From contig JACPSI010000123.1 in NCBI GenBank assembly GCA_016193365.1, forward strand, positions 20,543 through 84,542: a stretch of 64,000 bases of DNA, written 5' to 3'. The position numbers and the translations under genes are program-made. Positions 36,065 through 46,692 of the stretch are shown in pieces. Position 1 is the first letter of the stretch. Each line of letters opens with the position of its first letter. Source of the stretch: Ignavibacteriales bacterium (GTDB lineage Bacteria > Bacteroidota > Ignavibacteria > UBA10030). Under the pieces are notes generated by a model. The model made no database searches and had not been told where the DNA came from. It saw only the letters and a list, made by a program, of their open reading frames with translations.

Positions 36065-37186
36065 ATGGCAACGATGGAACAGCTAACCGAAGTGGTAGGA
36101 AGGAAACAAGTCTCGACGAACGGGACTGATATTACTGCGCTTCTTGGTGACGAGGCGAAGTACTATCTTGAACATCAATGCAAGACGATATCAAGAGAGT
36201 CCATTCATCTTCCGGGGCCCGACTATGTCGATCGCGTCTATGCGCTGTCGGACAGGCCCGCACCTGTTTTGCGGAGTTTGCAGGCATTGTTCAATACCGG
36301 AAGGCTTGGTTCTACGGGTTACCTATCGATCTTGCCTGTCGACCAGGGTATTGAGCACTCTGCGGGTGCCTCGTTTGCAAAGAATCCAATGTATTTCGAC
36401 CCGGAGAATATCGTAAAGCTTGCAATCGAAGGTGGCTGCAATGCTGTTGCCTCCACGCTTGGCGTGTTGGGGGCAGTTGCGAGGAAATACGCTCACAGGA
36501 TTCCCTTTATCTTGAAAATCAATCACAACGAATTTTTGTCCTATCCCAACACGTACGACCAAACGCTCTTCGCCAACGTGAGGCAGGCGTATGAAATGGG
36601 AGCCACAGCAGTTGGGGCGACGATCTATTTTGGTTCTGCCGAATCACGAAAACAGTTGTGGGAGGTAAGCCAGGCATTTCATCAGGCGCATGAGCTGGGG
36701 ATGGCTACGATTCTCTGGTGCTATACGAGAAACCCTGCATTCAAGACAAAAGAGAAGGACTATCATGTCTCTGCGGACCTCACCGGGCAAGCGAATCATC
36801 TTGGCGTCACCATTGAGGCCGACATCATCAAGCAAAAGCTTCCGGAAAATAACGGCGGATACAACGCTTTGAACATGGGAGGATCGAGTTACGGGAAAAC
36901 AGATAAACGCGTGTACTCAGAGTTGACGAGCGACCATCCGATTGATTTAACGCGTTATCAGGTTGCCAATTGCTACATGGGGCGTGCAGGGTTGATCAAT
37001 TCGGGCGGGCCGTCCGGGCAAAATGATGTTGCCGAAGCCGTGAAAACCGCTGTTATCAACAAACGCGCGGGGGGCATGGGGCTCATCTCTGGACGCAAGG
37101 CGTTCCAACGTCCGATGAAGGAAGGAGTCCAGATCCTCAACGCAATTCAGGATGTATACCTTTCAAAGGAAGTCACCATCGCCTAA
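36065..37186 (+). CDS. fbaB: Class I fructose-bisphosphate aldolase (FbaB/DhnA type)
   Basis: Resembles E. coli FbaB as I remember it over the full length ([29 protein letters not shown]). Confidence 0.8.
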   Translation: MATMEQLTEVVGRKQVSTNGTDITALLGDEAKYYLEHQCKTISRESIHLPGPDYVDRVYALSDRPAPVLRSLQALFNTGRLGSTGYLSILPVDQGIEHSAGASFAKNPMYFDPENIVKLAIEGGCNAVASTLGVLGAVARKYAHRIPFILKINHNEFLSYPNTYDQTLFANVRQAYEMGATAVGATIYFGSAESRKQLWEVSQAFHQAHELGMATILWCYTRNPAFKTKEKDYHVSADLTGQANHLGVTIEADIIKQKLPENNGGYNALNMGGSSYGKTDKRVYSELTSDHPIDLTRYQVANCYMGRAGLINSGGPSGQNDVAEAVKTAVINKRAGGMGLISGRKAFQRPMKEGVQILNAIQDVYLSKEVTIA

Positions 37187-37273
37187 ACGTTGGCTTTCAC
37201 GCGGCGAATGCAATTCTCAAGGCGTCAGGTTGCTCTGACGCCTTTCTTGTTTTCAGAATCGTAACGGGATTGA

Positions 37274-37927
37274 ATGAACAAACTCAGATGTGTGATCTTT
37301 GATATGGACGGTACACTCACGCAAACGAATCAATTGATCTATGATTCGTTCAACCATATTGCACAGGTGTATCAAGGGAAGAAATTTTCAGAGTCGGAGA
37401 TTACAGCAATGTTTGGTCCGCCCGAGGAAGGGGCGTTGCTGAATGTTGTCGAACAGCCTCAACTTGATGAGGCAATGGTTCAGTACCTTCGATTCTACAA
37501 AGAAAACCATGGGCGCCTGGCAACGCTGTATCCAGGCATACAAGAGACTCTTCGCTTTATAAAGAACCGCGGAGTTTTGCTAGCCCTGTTCACTGGAAAA
37601 GGCACACACACCACATCGATTACGCTCGATGAGTTTGGCATCAGGCAGTACTTTGATTACATCGTTACGGGAAATGACGTTGTCAAGCACAAGCCGTCCG
37701 CCGAGGGTATCCAAAAAATCATTGTGCATTTTGGGCTAGAGCCGGGTGAAGTCTTGATGGTTGGAGATTCAATTTCGGATGTCAGGGCAGCCCGCGAGTC
37801 TGGCGTGAGGATAGCCGCAGTCGTGTGGGATTCCTATGCAAAAGAAAAAATACTTCAAATGCACACGGATGAGGTTTTTTACAACGTGGCTGAATTTCAT
37901 AACTGGCTAAGGAGTCAGGTTGAGTAA
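37274..37927 (+). CDS. HAD-superfamily hydrolase (phosphoglycolate phosphatase-like)
   Basis: Motif I VIFDMDGTL, motif II FTGK and motif III-IV VGDSISDVRAA. Confidence 0.82.
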   Translation: MNKLRCVIFDMDGTLTQTNQLIYDSFNHIAQVYQGKKFSESEITAMFGPPEEGALLNVVEQPQLDEAMVQYLRFYKENHGRLATLYPGIQETLRFIKNRGVLLALFTGKGTHTTSITLDEFGIRQYFDYIVTGNDVVKHKPSAEGIQKIIVHFGLEPGEVLMVGDSISDVRAARESGVRIAAVVWDSYAKEKILQMHTDEVFYNVAEFHNWLRSQVE

Positions 37928-39425
37928 CCCAGGAAGTGCAACACCTGAAGAGCAGCTGTCGGCTTTTTGGGCCGGAGTGGTAAAATACGGCCTGGCGGTC
38001 ACGGTGGTATTTTTCTATATCACCACAATTCTTCATTTTTCCTACACACCCGACGACACGTACATCTATCTGCAATACGCGAAAAGCATTGCACGAGGTG
38101 AAGGGTTCTCATTTAATTCAGGGACGCCGAGCCTTGGTGTCACAAGCCCGCTCTGGACGTTCCTGATCAGCGTTGGTTCGTTACTCAAGCTGGACCCGTG
38201 GGTTGTGGCGAAGACTTTTGACCTGGTCTTTGCAAGCCTCTCCATCATTCAGATATTCATTCTTGGTGTGGTGATCCTTCGTGATAAAGTATTTGCTGTT
38301 ATCGGCGCTATCCTGTTCGCATTCGATGCCTGGTTCCTCAGCTGGTCAGGAAGTGGAATGGAGACATCGCTTGGCGTCCTTCTGGCTATTCTTGCCGTTT
38401 CCTATGCGTACCGTAACGAATACCTTGTTGCAGCTTTCGTCACTGGCGTTTTGACGCTCGTACGGCCGGAGGGCTTCCTTCTTTTTCTGGTTATCCAGGT
38501 CGATAATTTTCTTAATTCTACTGAATCCAAACCTGTCTTCCGGACTTTTTTTGCATCAGTAGCCGTCTACGCTGGCGTCCTTACTCCGTGGATGATTTTT
38601 TCGTACCTTTCTTTTGGAACAATTGTTTCCAACACGGTCATGGCGAAGGCGGGTCTTGTGTTTTCGTTCGAGAACACATGGCAAACGGTACTGGAATGCT
38701 TTCAGATTGTTGCGGCTACGCAGCTTGCTCCTGCACTTTTGCTAGTGGTGGGTGTTGCCGAGGCATTTCGAAGCAATCACTGGCGGGCAAGGAAAATTGA
38801 GCTTTTTCCCCTGGTGTGGATCGCGGCGCTTTTTTTGGGTTACGCCCTTCAGGGAGTTCAGGTTGTTTCGCGTTATTTGTTGCTCATTATTCCTTTTGTT
38901 GTTCTGTACGGTCTGTGGGGACTGAAACAGATAATGGAATCGTGGAGGCTGCCGGCACACAGGGCATATCAACTGGCGGCGTTTATCGCTGTTCTGGCGA
39001 TGTTCCAAAACCAGATGGTATATCAACTGCAGATGGTCCCACACATGAAGAACTTCATCTCTGGGATGAACAGTGCCTTGAAGCCAATAGCATATTGGCT
39101 GAGATCAAATGCCCCGCCCGACGCCAGAGTTCTCACGGCAGACGTCGGGATATTGGGATATATTTCCGAGAAGAGGCTGTATGACGTAGGGGGGCTCATT
39201 ACGCCGGAGGTACGAAAGTCATTCAACGGGCTTTCCTATGATGAAGGCATGGTGCGAAAACTTTACGAATCAGCCGTTCGGCCCGATTACATTGTCGACC
39301 GCTCATCCGAGAAAGAGCGACTGAAATCAGAAACTCACCGGCCCGTGATGACGGTGGATTTTCCCGGGTTATCGTTGAGCAGGCCGGACACGGTTTTCTA
39401 TACTCTCTACAAGCTGACAAAATGA
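37920..39425 (+). CDS. Polytopic membrane protein, probable GT-C fold glycosyltransferase
   Basis: TTG start overlapping the HAD gene. About 10 or more TM helices. The first loop YTPDDTYIYLQYAKSIARGEGFSFNSG...TSPLW resembles arabinosyl/mannosyl GT-C enzymes. The function is inferred. Confidence 0.5.
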   Translation: MSNPGSATPEEQLSAFWAGVVKYGLAVTVVFFYITTILHFSYTPDDTYIYLQYAKSIARGEGFSFNSGTPSLGVTSPLWTFLISVGSLLKLDPWVVAKTFDLVFASLSIIQIFILGVVILRDKVFAVIGAILFAFDAWFLSWSGSGMETSLGVLLAILAVSYAYRNEYLVAAFVTGVLTLVRPEGFLLFLVIQVDNFLNSTESKPVFRTFFASVAVYAGVLTPWMIFSYLSFGTIVSNTVMAKAGLVFSFENTWQTVLECFQIVAATQLAPALLLVVGVAEAFRSNHWRARKIELFPLVWIAALFLGYALQGVQVVSRYLLLIIPFVVLYGLWGLKQIMESWRLPAHRAYQLAAFIAVLAMFQNQMVYQLQMVPHMKNFISGMNSALKPIAYWLRSNAPPDARVLTADVGILGYISEKRLYDVGGLITPEVRKSFNGLSYDEGMVRKLYESAVRPDYIVDRSSEKERLKSETHRPVMTVDFPGLSLSRPDTVFYTLYKLTK

Positions 39426-40663
39426 AGATTCTTTCAGTCCTTTTGATAGGTTTCTTGTCGTCGAAAGCATCCACCCAGGAGATCTTTTCTTCTGAGATCA
39501 AAGGTCTCCGTGTGTCCGGTGAGGGGCGAGGTCAACTGCCCATCGCCGGGTTGTCGGGGCGGCCCATAAAGATCGAATTTGATTTCCAGGGAAGTGAACC
39601 GAGAGATTTTCGGCTGAAGGTATACCATTGTGACAAGGACTGGCGGATAACCGAGAATTCTTTCGTAAACGATGAGCTAAAAAATACAACTAAATTCCCG
39701 GTGCCTTTTGTCCCGGCTCCACAGTTCGTGCAACAGTATACGTTTCATTACAGCGTCAAAATTCCAGGATTTTCAGGTATGGACAGATTTCCCCAGTCCG
39801 GCAATTACATTTTTCAGATCATGGATTCCAAAGAAACACAACTCTTTGGAACGGGAAGGTTCTTTGTTGTCGAGGATTTTCTGATTCCCGTGATGCAAAT
39901 AAGGAATAGGTATTTACCTTCCGTCGTATCGCCGTGGAACCAAGTAAATAAAATCGAAGTCAGTTTCGCGATTCCTGAATCGGCGGGGAATCAGCCCGAT
40001 GAATTCTATCCTATCCTGTTGAAAACGGTCGACATCTACCGTAATCGTCAATTGTATTCCTCCCTTCGCATCGGCGCGGATGACGACAACCCCAACACAT
40101 TTGTTGACGGCTTCGGCTTGCGAAAAGTCAAGTTTGTTATGGATAACATCATGCCGGGCAACGAGTATCGTCGACTTGATGTACGGAATGTTGACCATTA
40201 CCCGCCGGGCAAAGATGCACGCCCCCGTGAAGGAGCTGATGTCAGCCGCTTCTTGCACCAAGGCTCGAGCGATAACAACGGCATTTCAACGTGGACATCC
40301 GGTGACCGGTACGCGGATTATATCAAGTTTCAGTTCGAACTTCTCCGGGATGAAGAAGACCTGGATTCCATGTATGTTGTTGGGGACTTCAACGGATGGA
40401 ACCCCGGTGAAGCATGGCGAATGACATACGATGCCGAAACCAGAAGATACAAGCTCACTCAATGGCTGCGCCGCGGTGTGTATGATTACCAATACGTCGT
40501 CGGAACGAACGACTGGATTCTCCTGGAAGGGAACAACTGGAAAACCGTGAACCTGTATTCAGCATTCATTTACTACCACGACCCGCGTTTTGGAGGCTTC
40601 GACCGAATTCTGGGACACATCCAGGGTTTCGGCCCGGGCGGGGTTGAGGCCACGAGCAACTAG
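39422..40663 (+). CDS. DUF5103 (T9SS plug N-terminal-like) protein with C-terminal E-set/CBM48-like module
   Basis: Signal peptide, then KVYHCDKDWR, SGNYIFQI, PGNEYRRLDVRN and VVGDFNGWNP...YDYQYVV. ATGA overlap with the upstream gene. Confidence 0.6.
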   Translation: MKILSVLLIGFLSSKASTQEIFSSEIKGLRVSGEGRGQLPIAGLSGRPIKIEFDFQGSEPRDFRLKVYHCDKDWRITENSFVNDELKNTTKFPVPFVPAPQFVQQYTFHYSVKIPGFSGMDRFPQSGNYIFQIMDSKETQLFGTGRFFVVEDFLIPVMQIRNRYLPSVVSPWNQVNKIEVSFAIPESAGNQPDEFYPILLKTVDIYRNRQLYSSLRIGADDDNPNTFVDGFGLRKVKFVMDNIMPGNEYRRLDVRNVDHYPPGKDARPREGADVSRFLHQGSSDNNGISTWTSGDRYADYIKFQFELLRDEEDLDSMYVVGDFNGWNPGEAWRMTYDAETRRYKLTQWLRRGVYDYQYVVGTNDWILLEGNNWKTVNLYSAFIYYHDPRFGGFDRILGHIQGFGPGGVEATSN

Positions 40664-40677
40664 TCAAAGGTAACCGT

Positions 40678-41673
40678 ATGACGAAAATACCGATAGGCGT
40701 TGTTGGCGTAGGGCATCTTGGATCCTTACACGCGAAGATGCTGTCAGAAACTGCAACTGCAACTCTCGTTGGCGTGTACGATTCCGACCGTGCGAAAGCA
40801 CGACAAGTCGCTTCCGAGATCGGAACAAAAGCCTTCGACGCGCTCGATGAATTACTGAAGAATGTTCAGGCTGTGAACGTCGTGACGACGACAAAAGGCC
40901 ACTTCGATGTGGCGATGAAAGCGCTGGAAGCCGGGTTGCACGTTTTCGTGGAAAAGCCAATCACGGAAACCATTCAGCAGGCAAAGATACTGGCTGAAAA
41001 ATCAAACTCGGATGGATTGAAAATCCAGGTGGGACACATAGAACGATTTAACCCCGCAGTGTTGGCCATCGAGCCGTATCGTTTGCGCCCTTTGTTCATT
41101 GAGTCGCATCGTCTGGCGCAGTTCAACCCGCGTGGTTCTGACGTCGCCGTGGTTCTCGACCTGATGATCCACGATATCGACTTGATCCTGAGCCTTGTCC
41201 AATCTCCCGTTGAGAGGATCGACGCAAATGGTGTGGCTGTCGTGTCGGACAGCGTGGATATTGCAAACGCTCGACTACAATTCCAAAACGGATGCGTTGC
41301 AAACGTGACGGCGAGTCGTATTTCCCAGAACAAGATGCGAAAAATGAGAATGTTCCAGCAGGATGCGTATATCTCCCTGGATTTTGCTCAGGGACTAGCC
41401 GAAGTGTTCCGTTTGTTGGACGAAGGTGACCCAAATGCGAAACCTACGATGATGTTGGGCAAGATCGAACAAGGGACAAGAAAACGCGTTATCGTCTACG
41501 AACAGCCGGAAGTGAAAGAGGTAAATTCTCTCAAATATGAGCTCGAGTTGTTTCTTCAGTCGATTCAGAAAAACACCGAACCTCCCGTGACTGCGAAAGA
41601 TGGGCTGCAGGCCCTTCAGGTGGCGGATGAAATCCTTAGGAAAATCGAATCTCAGACGATGAAGATGAACTAG
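40678..41673 (+). CDS. Gfo/Idh/MocA family oxidoreductase
   Basis: N-terminal Rossmann IGVVGVGHLGSLHA and the EKP motif (HVFVEKPIT). Confidence 0.85.
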   Translation: MTKIPIGVVGVGHLGSLHAKMLSETATATLVGVYDSDRAKARQVASEIGTKAFDALDELLKNVQAVNVVTTTKGHFDVAMKALEAGLHVFVEKPITETIQQAKILAEKSNSDGLKIQVGHIERFNPAVLAIEPYRLRPLFIESHRLAQFNPRGSDVAVVLDLMIHDIDLILSLVQSPVERIDANGVAVVSDSVDIANARLQFQNGCVANVTASRISQNKMRKMRMFQQDAYISLDFAQGLAEVFRLLDEGDPNAKPTMMLGKIEQGTRKRVIVYEQPEVKEVNSLKYELELFLQSIQKNTEPPVTAKDGLQALQVADEILRKIESQTMKMN

Positions 41674-43104
41674 ATGGTACGGAAGAAACTCGACCTCAAG
41701 GATCGGCTTCTCGAAGAAATCGGCACTCTGGCTGACCGGGCGAACCTTCGCGCGTATGTCGTGGGTGGCTATGTGCGGGATTTTCTTCTGGGTAGACACG
41801 GCAAAGACTTCGACATCGTGGTGGTTGGCGATGGGGTTGAATTTGCAAACATTGTTGCGCGAGCTCTGGGTTCATCAAACCTTGTTGTGTACGAAAAATT
41901 CGGCACCGCGATGCTTCATGTGGATGACCATAAAATCGAATTCGTCGGTGCGAGAAAAGAGAGCTACACGAAAAAGTCCCGGAAGCCGCACGTCCAGCAG
42001 GCAAGTCTGGAAGAAGATCTCTCGCGGAGGGATTTTACCGTCAATGCAGTCGCTGTATCACTTAATAAAGAGGATTGTGGCGCTGTCGTCGACCCTTATG
42101 ACGGACAGAAAGATTTGCAAAAGGAAATCATGAGAACGCCTCTCGAACCTGAGAGGACCTTCGATGATGACCCATTGCGTATCATGCGGGCGTTTCGTTT
42201 TGCAAGTCAACTGGGGTTTAAGATTGAACCAGCCATTCTTAAAGCTGCCACAAAAATGGCGCGGCGGTTGGAAATTGTCTCGCAGGAACGAATCTCAGAT
42301 GAGTTTCTGAAGATCATGAGCAGCGCCAAGCCTTCCGTCGGTTTACAGCCCATGTTTGCGACGGGGGTTATGAAGATTGTTTTTCCCGAGGTGTTTGCGC
42401 TGGCGGGTGTTGACCAGAGGAAAGACTATCATCACAAGGACGTTTTCTTGCACACGCTGAAAGTTGTCGATAACGTTGCGGAGAAATCCGAAAATGTCTG
42501 GCTGAGGATGGCGGCATTGCTTCACGACATTGCAAAGCCGAAGACAAAGGCTTTTCAAGAAGACGTCGGCTGGACATTTCACGGTCACGAGGAAGCCGGA
42601 GGCAGGATGGTGAAGCCGATATTCCGCCGCATGAAATTTCCTTTTGAGCATGTGCCGTATGTTGAAAAGCTTGTCCGGCTTCATCTCCGCCCCATGGCGC
42701 TCGTCGATGACATTGTTACAGACTCCGCGGTGCGAAGGCTGATGTTCGAGGCTGGAGAGGCGATCGACCATTTAATGATACTCTGTCGGGCGGACATCAC
42801 GTCGAAAAACCCGAAACTCGTTGAGCAGGTAAGAAAAAACTACGAGCTGGTTGTAACGAAAATGGAAGAGGTGGAAGCGAAAGATCACATCCGGAATTGG
42901 CAGCCGCCGGTGCGTGGAGAGGAGATCATGAAGGTGTGTGGAATTGTGCCGGGGCGCCTGGTTGGACAGATCAAGCGGCGCATTACGGATGCCGTGCTCG
43001 ACGGGATTATTCCAAACGAGCATGAAGCAGCATTAAAATATTTAATGGAAATTAAGGATGAGATGATGAAGAATGCGGAAAAAGTGGCTCAAAGCAACGT
43101 GTAA
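41674..43104 (+). CDS. tRNA nucleotidyltransferase (CCA-adding)/poly(A) polymerase family protein with HD domain
   Basis: GGYVRDFLLG...DFDIVV (pol-beta NTase), RRDFTVNA, and HD domain LLHDIAKP...HGHEEAG. Confidence 0.85.
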   Translation: MVRKKLDLKDRLLEEIGTLADRANLRAYVVGGYVRDFLLGRHGKDFDIVVVGDGVEFANIVARALGSSNLVVYEKFGTAMLHVDDHKIEFVGARKESYTKKSRKPHVQQASLEEDLSRRDFTVNAVAVSLNKEDCGAVVDPYDGQKDLQKEIMRTPLEPERTFDDDPLRIMRAFRFASQLGFKIEPAILKAATKMARRLEIVSQERISDEFLKIMSSAKPSVGLQPMFATGVMKIVFPEVFALAGVDQRKDYHHKDVFLHTLKVVDNVAEKSENVWLRMAALLHDIAKPKTKAFQEDVGWTFHGHEEAGGRMVKPIFRRMKFPFEHVPYVEKLVRLHLRPMALVDDIVTDSAVRRLMFEAGEAIDHLMILCRADITSKNPKLVEQVRKNYELVVTKMEEVEAKDHIRNWQPPVRGEEIMKVCGIVPGRLVGQIKRRITDAVLDGIIPNEHEAALKYLMEIKDEMMKNAEKVAQSNV

Positions 43105-43257
43105 GCCGCATTCTTGAAACTCCATGCTCATTTTTTGGGTCTAACCAGGAAGCGATTTTCCGGAGATTTGATGCAACTTTGCTTCAATTTTCACGTCTAT
43201 ATCTAAGGAATTTGGGCATTTTGTGCTTCTGATCGTATTCACACCATTTCACTTTTC

Positions 43258-44709
43258 ATGGAGTTTGTATTTATGACGAGGACATTTCTTGTATTTATGT
43301 CGGCTGTGTTCTTTTCGGCCACAACTTTAGGACAGACAAGCGACCAAGGACAAACCACGCTTACGTTGAAGCGGGCTATCGAAATCGCGCTCGAGAAGAA
43401 TTTCACCGTAAAACAAGCGCAGAACAATGTTGAGAGCGCTCAAACCGGCGTCATGGCGGCTTACGGGAATTTTCTTCCGACAGTCGATTTCAGCACGTCG
43501 TGGAGTGGCGGCGCCCAATATTTTAACGGCGTGGCGTTGGGGAGCTCCAACGTTCGATCCTTCAGTCCGTCGCTGTCAGCTTCCATGACCGTATTTGATG
43601 GTTTCAACAATACCTCCTCTCTGAGCCGTGCGGTTTCGACTTCGGTAGCGACAGAGCACACGCTGGGTCGTGTCAGGCAGACATTGATTAACAGAATCTC
43701 GTCGGATTACTATGAAGTGTTGAGGACGGAAAAACTGCTAAAGATCGCAGAAGAAACAGTCAAATACAACGTTAAACAGTTGGAGCGCGTCAAGGAAACA
43801 ACGCGCCTCGGTTCAACATCCATTGTGAATGTTTATCAGCAACAGGCGCAGCTCGGAATTGAAGAGGCTTCTTTGGTGGAAAAAAGGAATAACTACGATA
43901 TCGCTAAAGCCAATCTTTTGGCAGATATCGCAGTTGATGTTTCGGAGGACTATCGAATTCAGGACAACTCTATCCCGGAAGAGATTGACAAAGTTGAATT
44001 CGAGAGTTTGAGTGGACTGGCAAAGAACTTCCGGGCTCTCACAGCAGAAGCACTCGATCATCGGCTTGACTACCTGAGTGCAAGGGAGCAATACAACGCG
44101 ACTGAGGCAGAAGTGACCGCAGCACGAAGCGGCTATCTTCCGAGGATCACTGCGAGGGGCGGATATGGGTGGAATGGTCGCACGACACTTGACTCACCGG
44201 AGAAAACCAACGTCATTCCTGTTTGGGATCCTAATACATCCACATTTGTCCCATATCAAGCAACAACACCAGCATCATCATATTCGAGCGAGCTATCCAA
44301 TTTCAACACTAACACCAGTTACAATTGGTCATTGACTTTTTCGTTGCCGATCTTTTCAGGATTCCAAACGAGCAATGTCGTCCAAAACAAGCTCGTAGCA
44401 AAGAAGAATGCTGAGGAGACTCTCCGAGATACCGAACGGAGGATTCAGGTTGAAGTCAAAAACAACCTCCTACTGATGCAAGCCGCGCAGAAAACTTACG
44501 AATCCGCCGTCAACAACCTCCAATTGCAGGAACAGAACCTTAAAATCAATCAGGAAAAATACAATGTAGGAGCCGGCACTCTGCTCGACCTCCTCCTCGC
44601 GCAGAACAATCATAGTACAGCGCTCTCGAACAAGATAAATTCGGTGTATCAATACTTGAAAGCCAAGAGTGCTCTCGAACTGTCACTAGGAAGAATCAAC
44701 GAACAATAA
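43258..44709 (+). CDS. TolC-family outer membrane efflux protein
   Basis: Signal peptide (an alternative ATG at 43273 gives MTRTFLVFMSAVFFSATTLGQ). Two OEP repeats with typical coiled helices (TLKRAIEIALEKNFTVKQAQ...). Confidence 0.85.
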   Translation: MEFVFMTRTFLVFMSAVFFSATTLGQTSDQGQTTLTLKRAIEIALEKNFTVKQAQNNVESAQTGVMAAYGNFLPTVDFSTSWSGGAQYFNGVALGSSNVRSFSPSLSASMTVFDGFNNTSSLSRAVSTSVATEHTLGRVRQTLINRISSDYYEVLRTEKLLKIAEETVKYNVKQLERVKETTRLGSTSIVNVYQQQAQLGIEEASLVEKRNNYDIAKANLLADIAVDVSEDYRIQDNSIPEEIDKVEFESLSGLAKNFRALTAEALDHRLDYLSAREQYNATEAEVTAARSGYLPRITARGGYGWNGRTTLDSPEKTNVIPVWDPNTSTFVPYQATTPASSYSSELSNFNTNTSYNWSLTFSLPIFSGFQTSNVVQNKLVAKKNAEETLRDTERRIQVEVKNNLLLMQAAQKTYESAVNNLQLQEQNLKINQEKYNVGAGTLLDLLLAQNNHSTALSNKINSVYQYLKAKSALELSLGRINEQ

Positions 44710-44753
44710 TTCCGCATTCTTTTTCTATCAATACTTATTGAAGGCTTTCATTC

Positions 44754-45966
44754 ATGGCAAACGGAAACGGTAAAAAATCGAAAAAGAAAAAAGGAAACAA
44801 TTGTTACGGTCCAAACCGAAAAAATCGAAAAAAGGACGATCACACAGATTGTCACCGCCACGGGGAAGATTCAGCCGGAAGTTCAAGTCAAAATTAACGC
44901 TGAAGTAAGCGGAGAAATCATTGAACTGCCGGTTCGGGAAGGTCAGAGAGTGCAAAAAGGACAACTCCTCGTTCGCATTAAGCCGGATGCGTATCAAGCC
45001 CAGTTTGAGCGGTGGCAGGCATCTATGAGTGTGGCTGAAGCAAACCTCGCCAAAGCTGATGCCGACTATAAACGCGCCTCGGAGCTATACGAAAAGAAGC
45101 TCGTATCCGACGCTGATATGGACGCGTCGAGAACGGCATATCAAGTTGCGAAGGCGACCTACGACCAATCGAAGGCGTCGCTGAAAGAAGCTCGCGAAAC
45201 ACTCGCCAAGACATCGATCTACTCTCCGATGGATGGAGTTGTGAGCCAACTGAAATCGGAACTTGCCGAACGCGTCAGTGGAAGCACGTTCACACAGGGG
45301 ACGGAAATCATGACGGTCGCCGACCTGTCGCGCATGGAAGCAAGGGTTGACGTTGGCGAAAACGACGTCGTGAGCGTTTCTATCGGAGATACAGCAAGGG
45401 TTGAAGTCGATGCTTATCCCGATAGAAGGTTTGTCGGTATTGTTTCCCGTATCGCCAACACAGCGAAAACGACTGGCTTACAGACACAGGATCAGGTAAC
45501 AAATTTTGAAGTACGAATTCTGTTGGAGGCGCCAAAAGGAATTCAATTCCGTCCCGGGATGTCCATGGCAGCTGATATCGAGACTGAAACCCGAACCAAT
45601 GTTTTTGCTGTGCCAATCCAATCGGTAACGGTGCGCGTGCCCAAGGTCGAAGGGCCAAAGCCCGAAGAACCGAAGGAGGGCGAGGCTCAACTTGCACTCA
45701 AGAAATCAAAAGTAAAAGAGGACGACAAGCTCGATGAGGTTATTTTTGTTGTCGAGGACGGGAAGGCAAAGACTGTGAAAGTGAAGCGGGGAATCAGCGA
45801 CGATGCATACGTCGAATTGACGCAGGGAGGGGCGGAAAACTTGGAAATTGTGTCAGGACCGTTCAAGGCCATAAATCGTGACCTTGAGAATGAATCAAAA
45901 GTGCGCGTTGAGAACAAGAAAACAGCGAAAACGGGAACTATCGCGGACAAAGGAGAAAGCAAATAG
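44754..45966 (+). CDS. Efflux transporter periplasmic adaptor (HlyD/MacA-like); the 5' end needs a frameshift in an A-run, or a non-canonical start
   Basis: Conserved adaptor sequence ([58 protein letters not shown]) lies upstream of the track start (GTG 44950), in the same frame. That frame has no ATG/GTG/TTG back to the tolC-like stop. The only ATG (44754, [13 protein letters not shown]) is in the -1 frame and ends at 44897. A6/A5/A6 runs lie at 44772-44792. Confidence 0.7.
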
Positions 45967-45967
45967 C

Positions 45968-46690
45968 ATGGCCATCATCAAATTCGTCAACATCACTAAG
46001 ATGTATCAAATGGGGGCCGAAGAAGTACACGCGCTCCAGGGCCTCAACGTCGAAATCAACAAGAACGAATATGTCGCTATCATGGGCCCATCGGGTTCCG
46101 GAAAATCGACGCTCATGAACATTATTGGCTGCCTCGACACACCGACGTCGGGTTTATACGAGCTGAACGGCACAAACGTCAGCGACATGAACGACAACCA
46201 GCTTGCAAAAATCCGTAACAAAGAAATTGGGTTTGTTTTCCAGACGTTTAATCTCTTGGCACGTTCGAATGTCCTGCACAATGTGGAGCTGCCGCTCATT
46301 TATGGTGGTGTTGGTTCCAGCGAGCGAAAGAAGCTTGCAAAAGAGGCGATTGATCGCGTTGGTCTTGGCGACCGCTCGTTGCACAAACCAAACGAGCTAT
46401 CGGGTGGGCAGCGTCAGCGTGTTGCCATTGCAAGGGCATTAGTCACCAGGCCATCCATACTCCTTGCGGACGAGCCAACTGGAAACCTCGACAGCAAAAC
46501 AGGGGATGAAATCATGGGTTTGTTCGACATACTTCACCAGGAAGGCAACACCATTATCCTCGTCACGCACGAAGCGGACATTGCGGCACACGCCCATCGA
46601 ATTGTCCATATCCGCGACGGTAAAGTGGAAACCGATGAAAAAGTAACCAATCGCCGGGTTATTCGGCAAACCTCGGCCATATCGGCATAA
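45968..46690 (+). CDS. ABC transporter ATP-binding protein (MacB/LolD-like)
   Basis: Walker [10 protein letters not shown], signature LSGGQRQR, Walker B ILLADEPT and the H-loop. ATG 45968 lies 2 nt after the adaptor stop. Confidence 0.9.
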   Translation: MAIIKFVNITKMYQMGAEEVHALQGLNVEINKNEYVAIMGPSGSGKSTLMNIIGCLDTPTSGLYELNGTNVSDMNDNQLAKIRNKEIGFVFQTFNLLARSNVLHNVELPLIYGGVGSSERKKLAKEAIDRVGLGDRSLHKPNELSGGQRQRVAIARALVTRPSILLADEPTGNLDSKTGDEIMGLFDILHQEGNTIILVTHEADIAAHAHRIVHIRDGKVETDEKVTNRRVIRQTSAISA

Positions 46691-46692
46691 CA

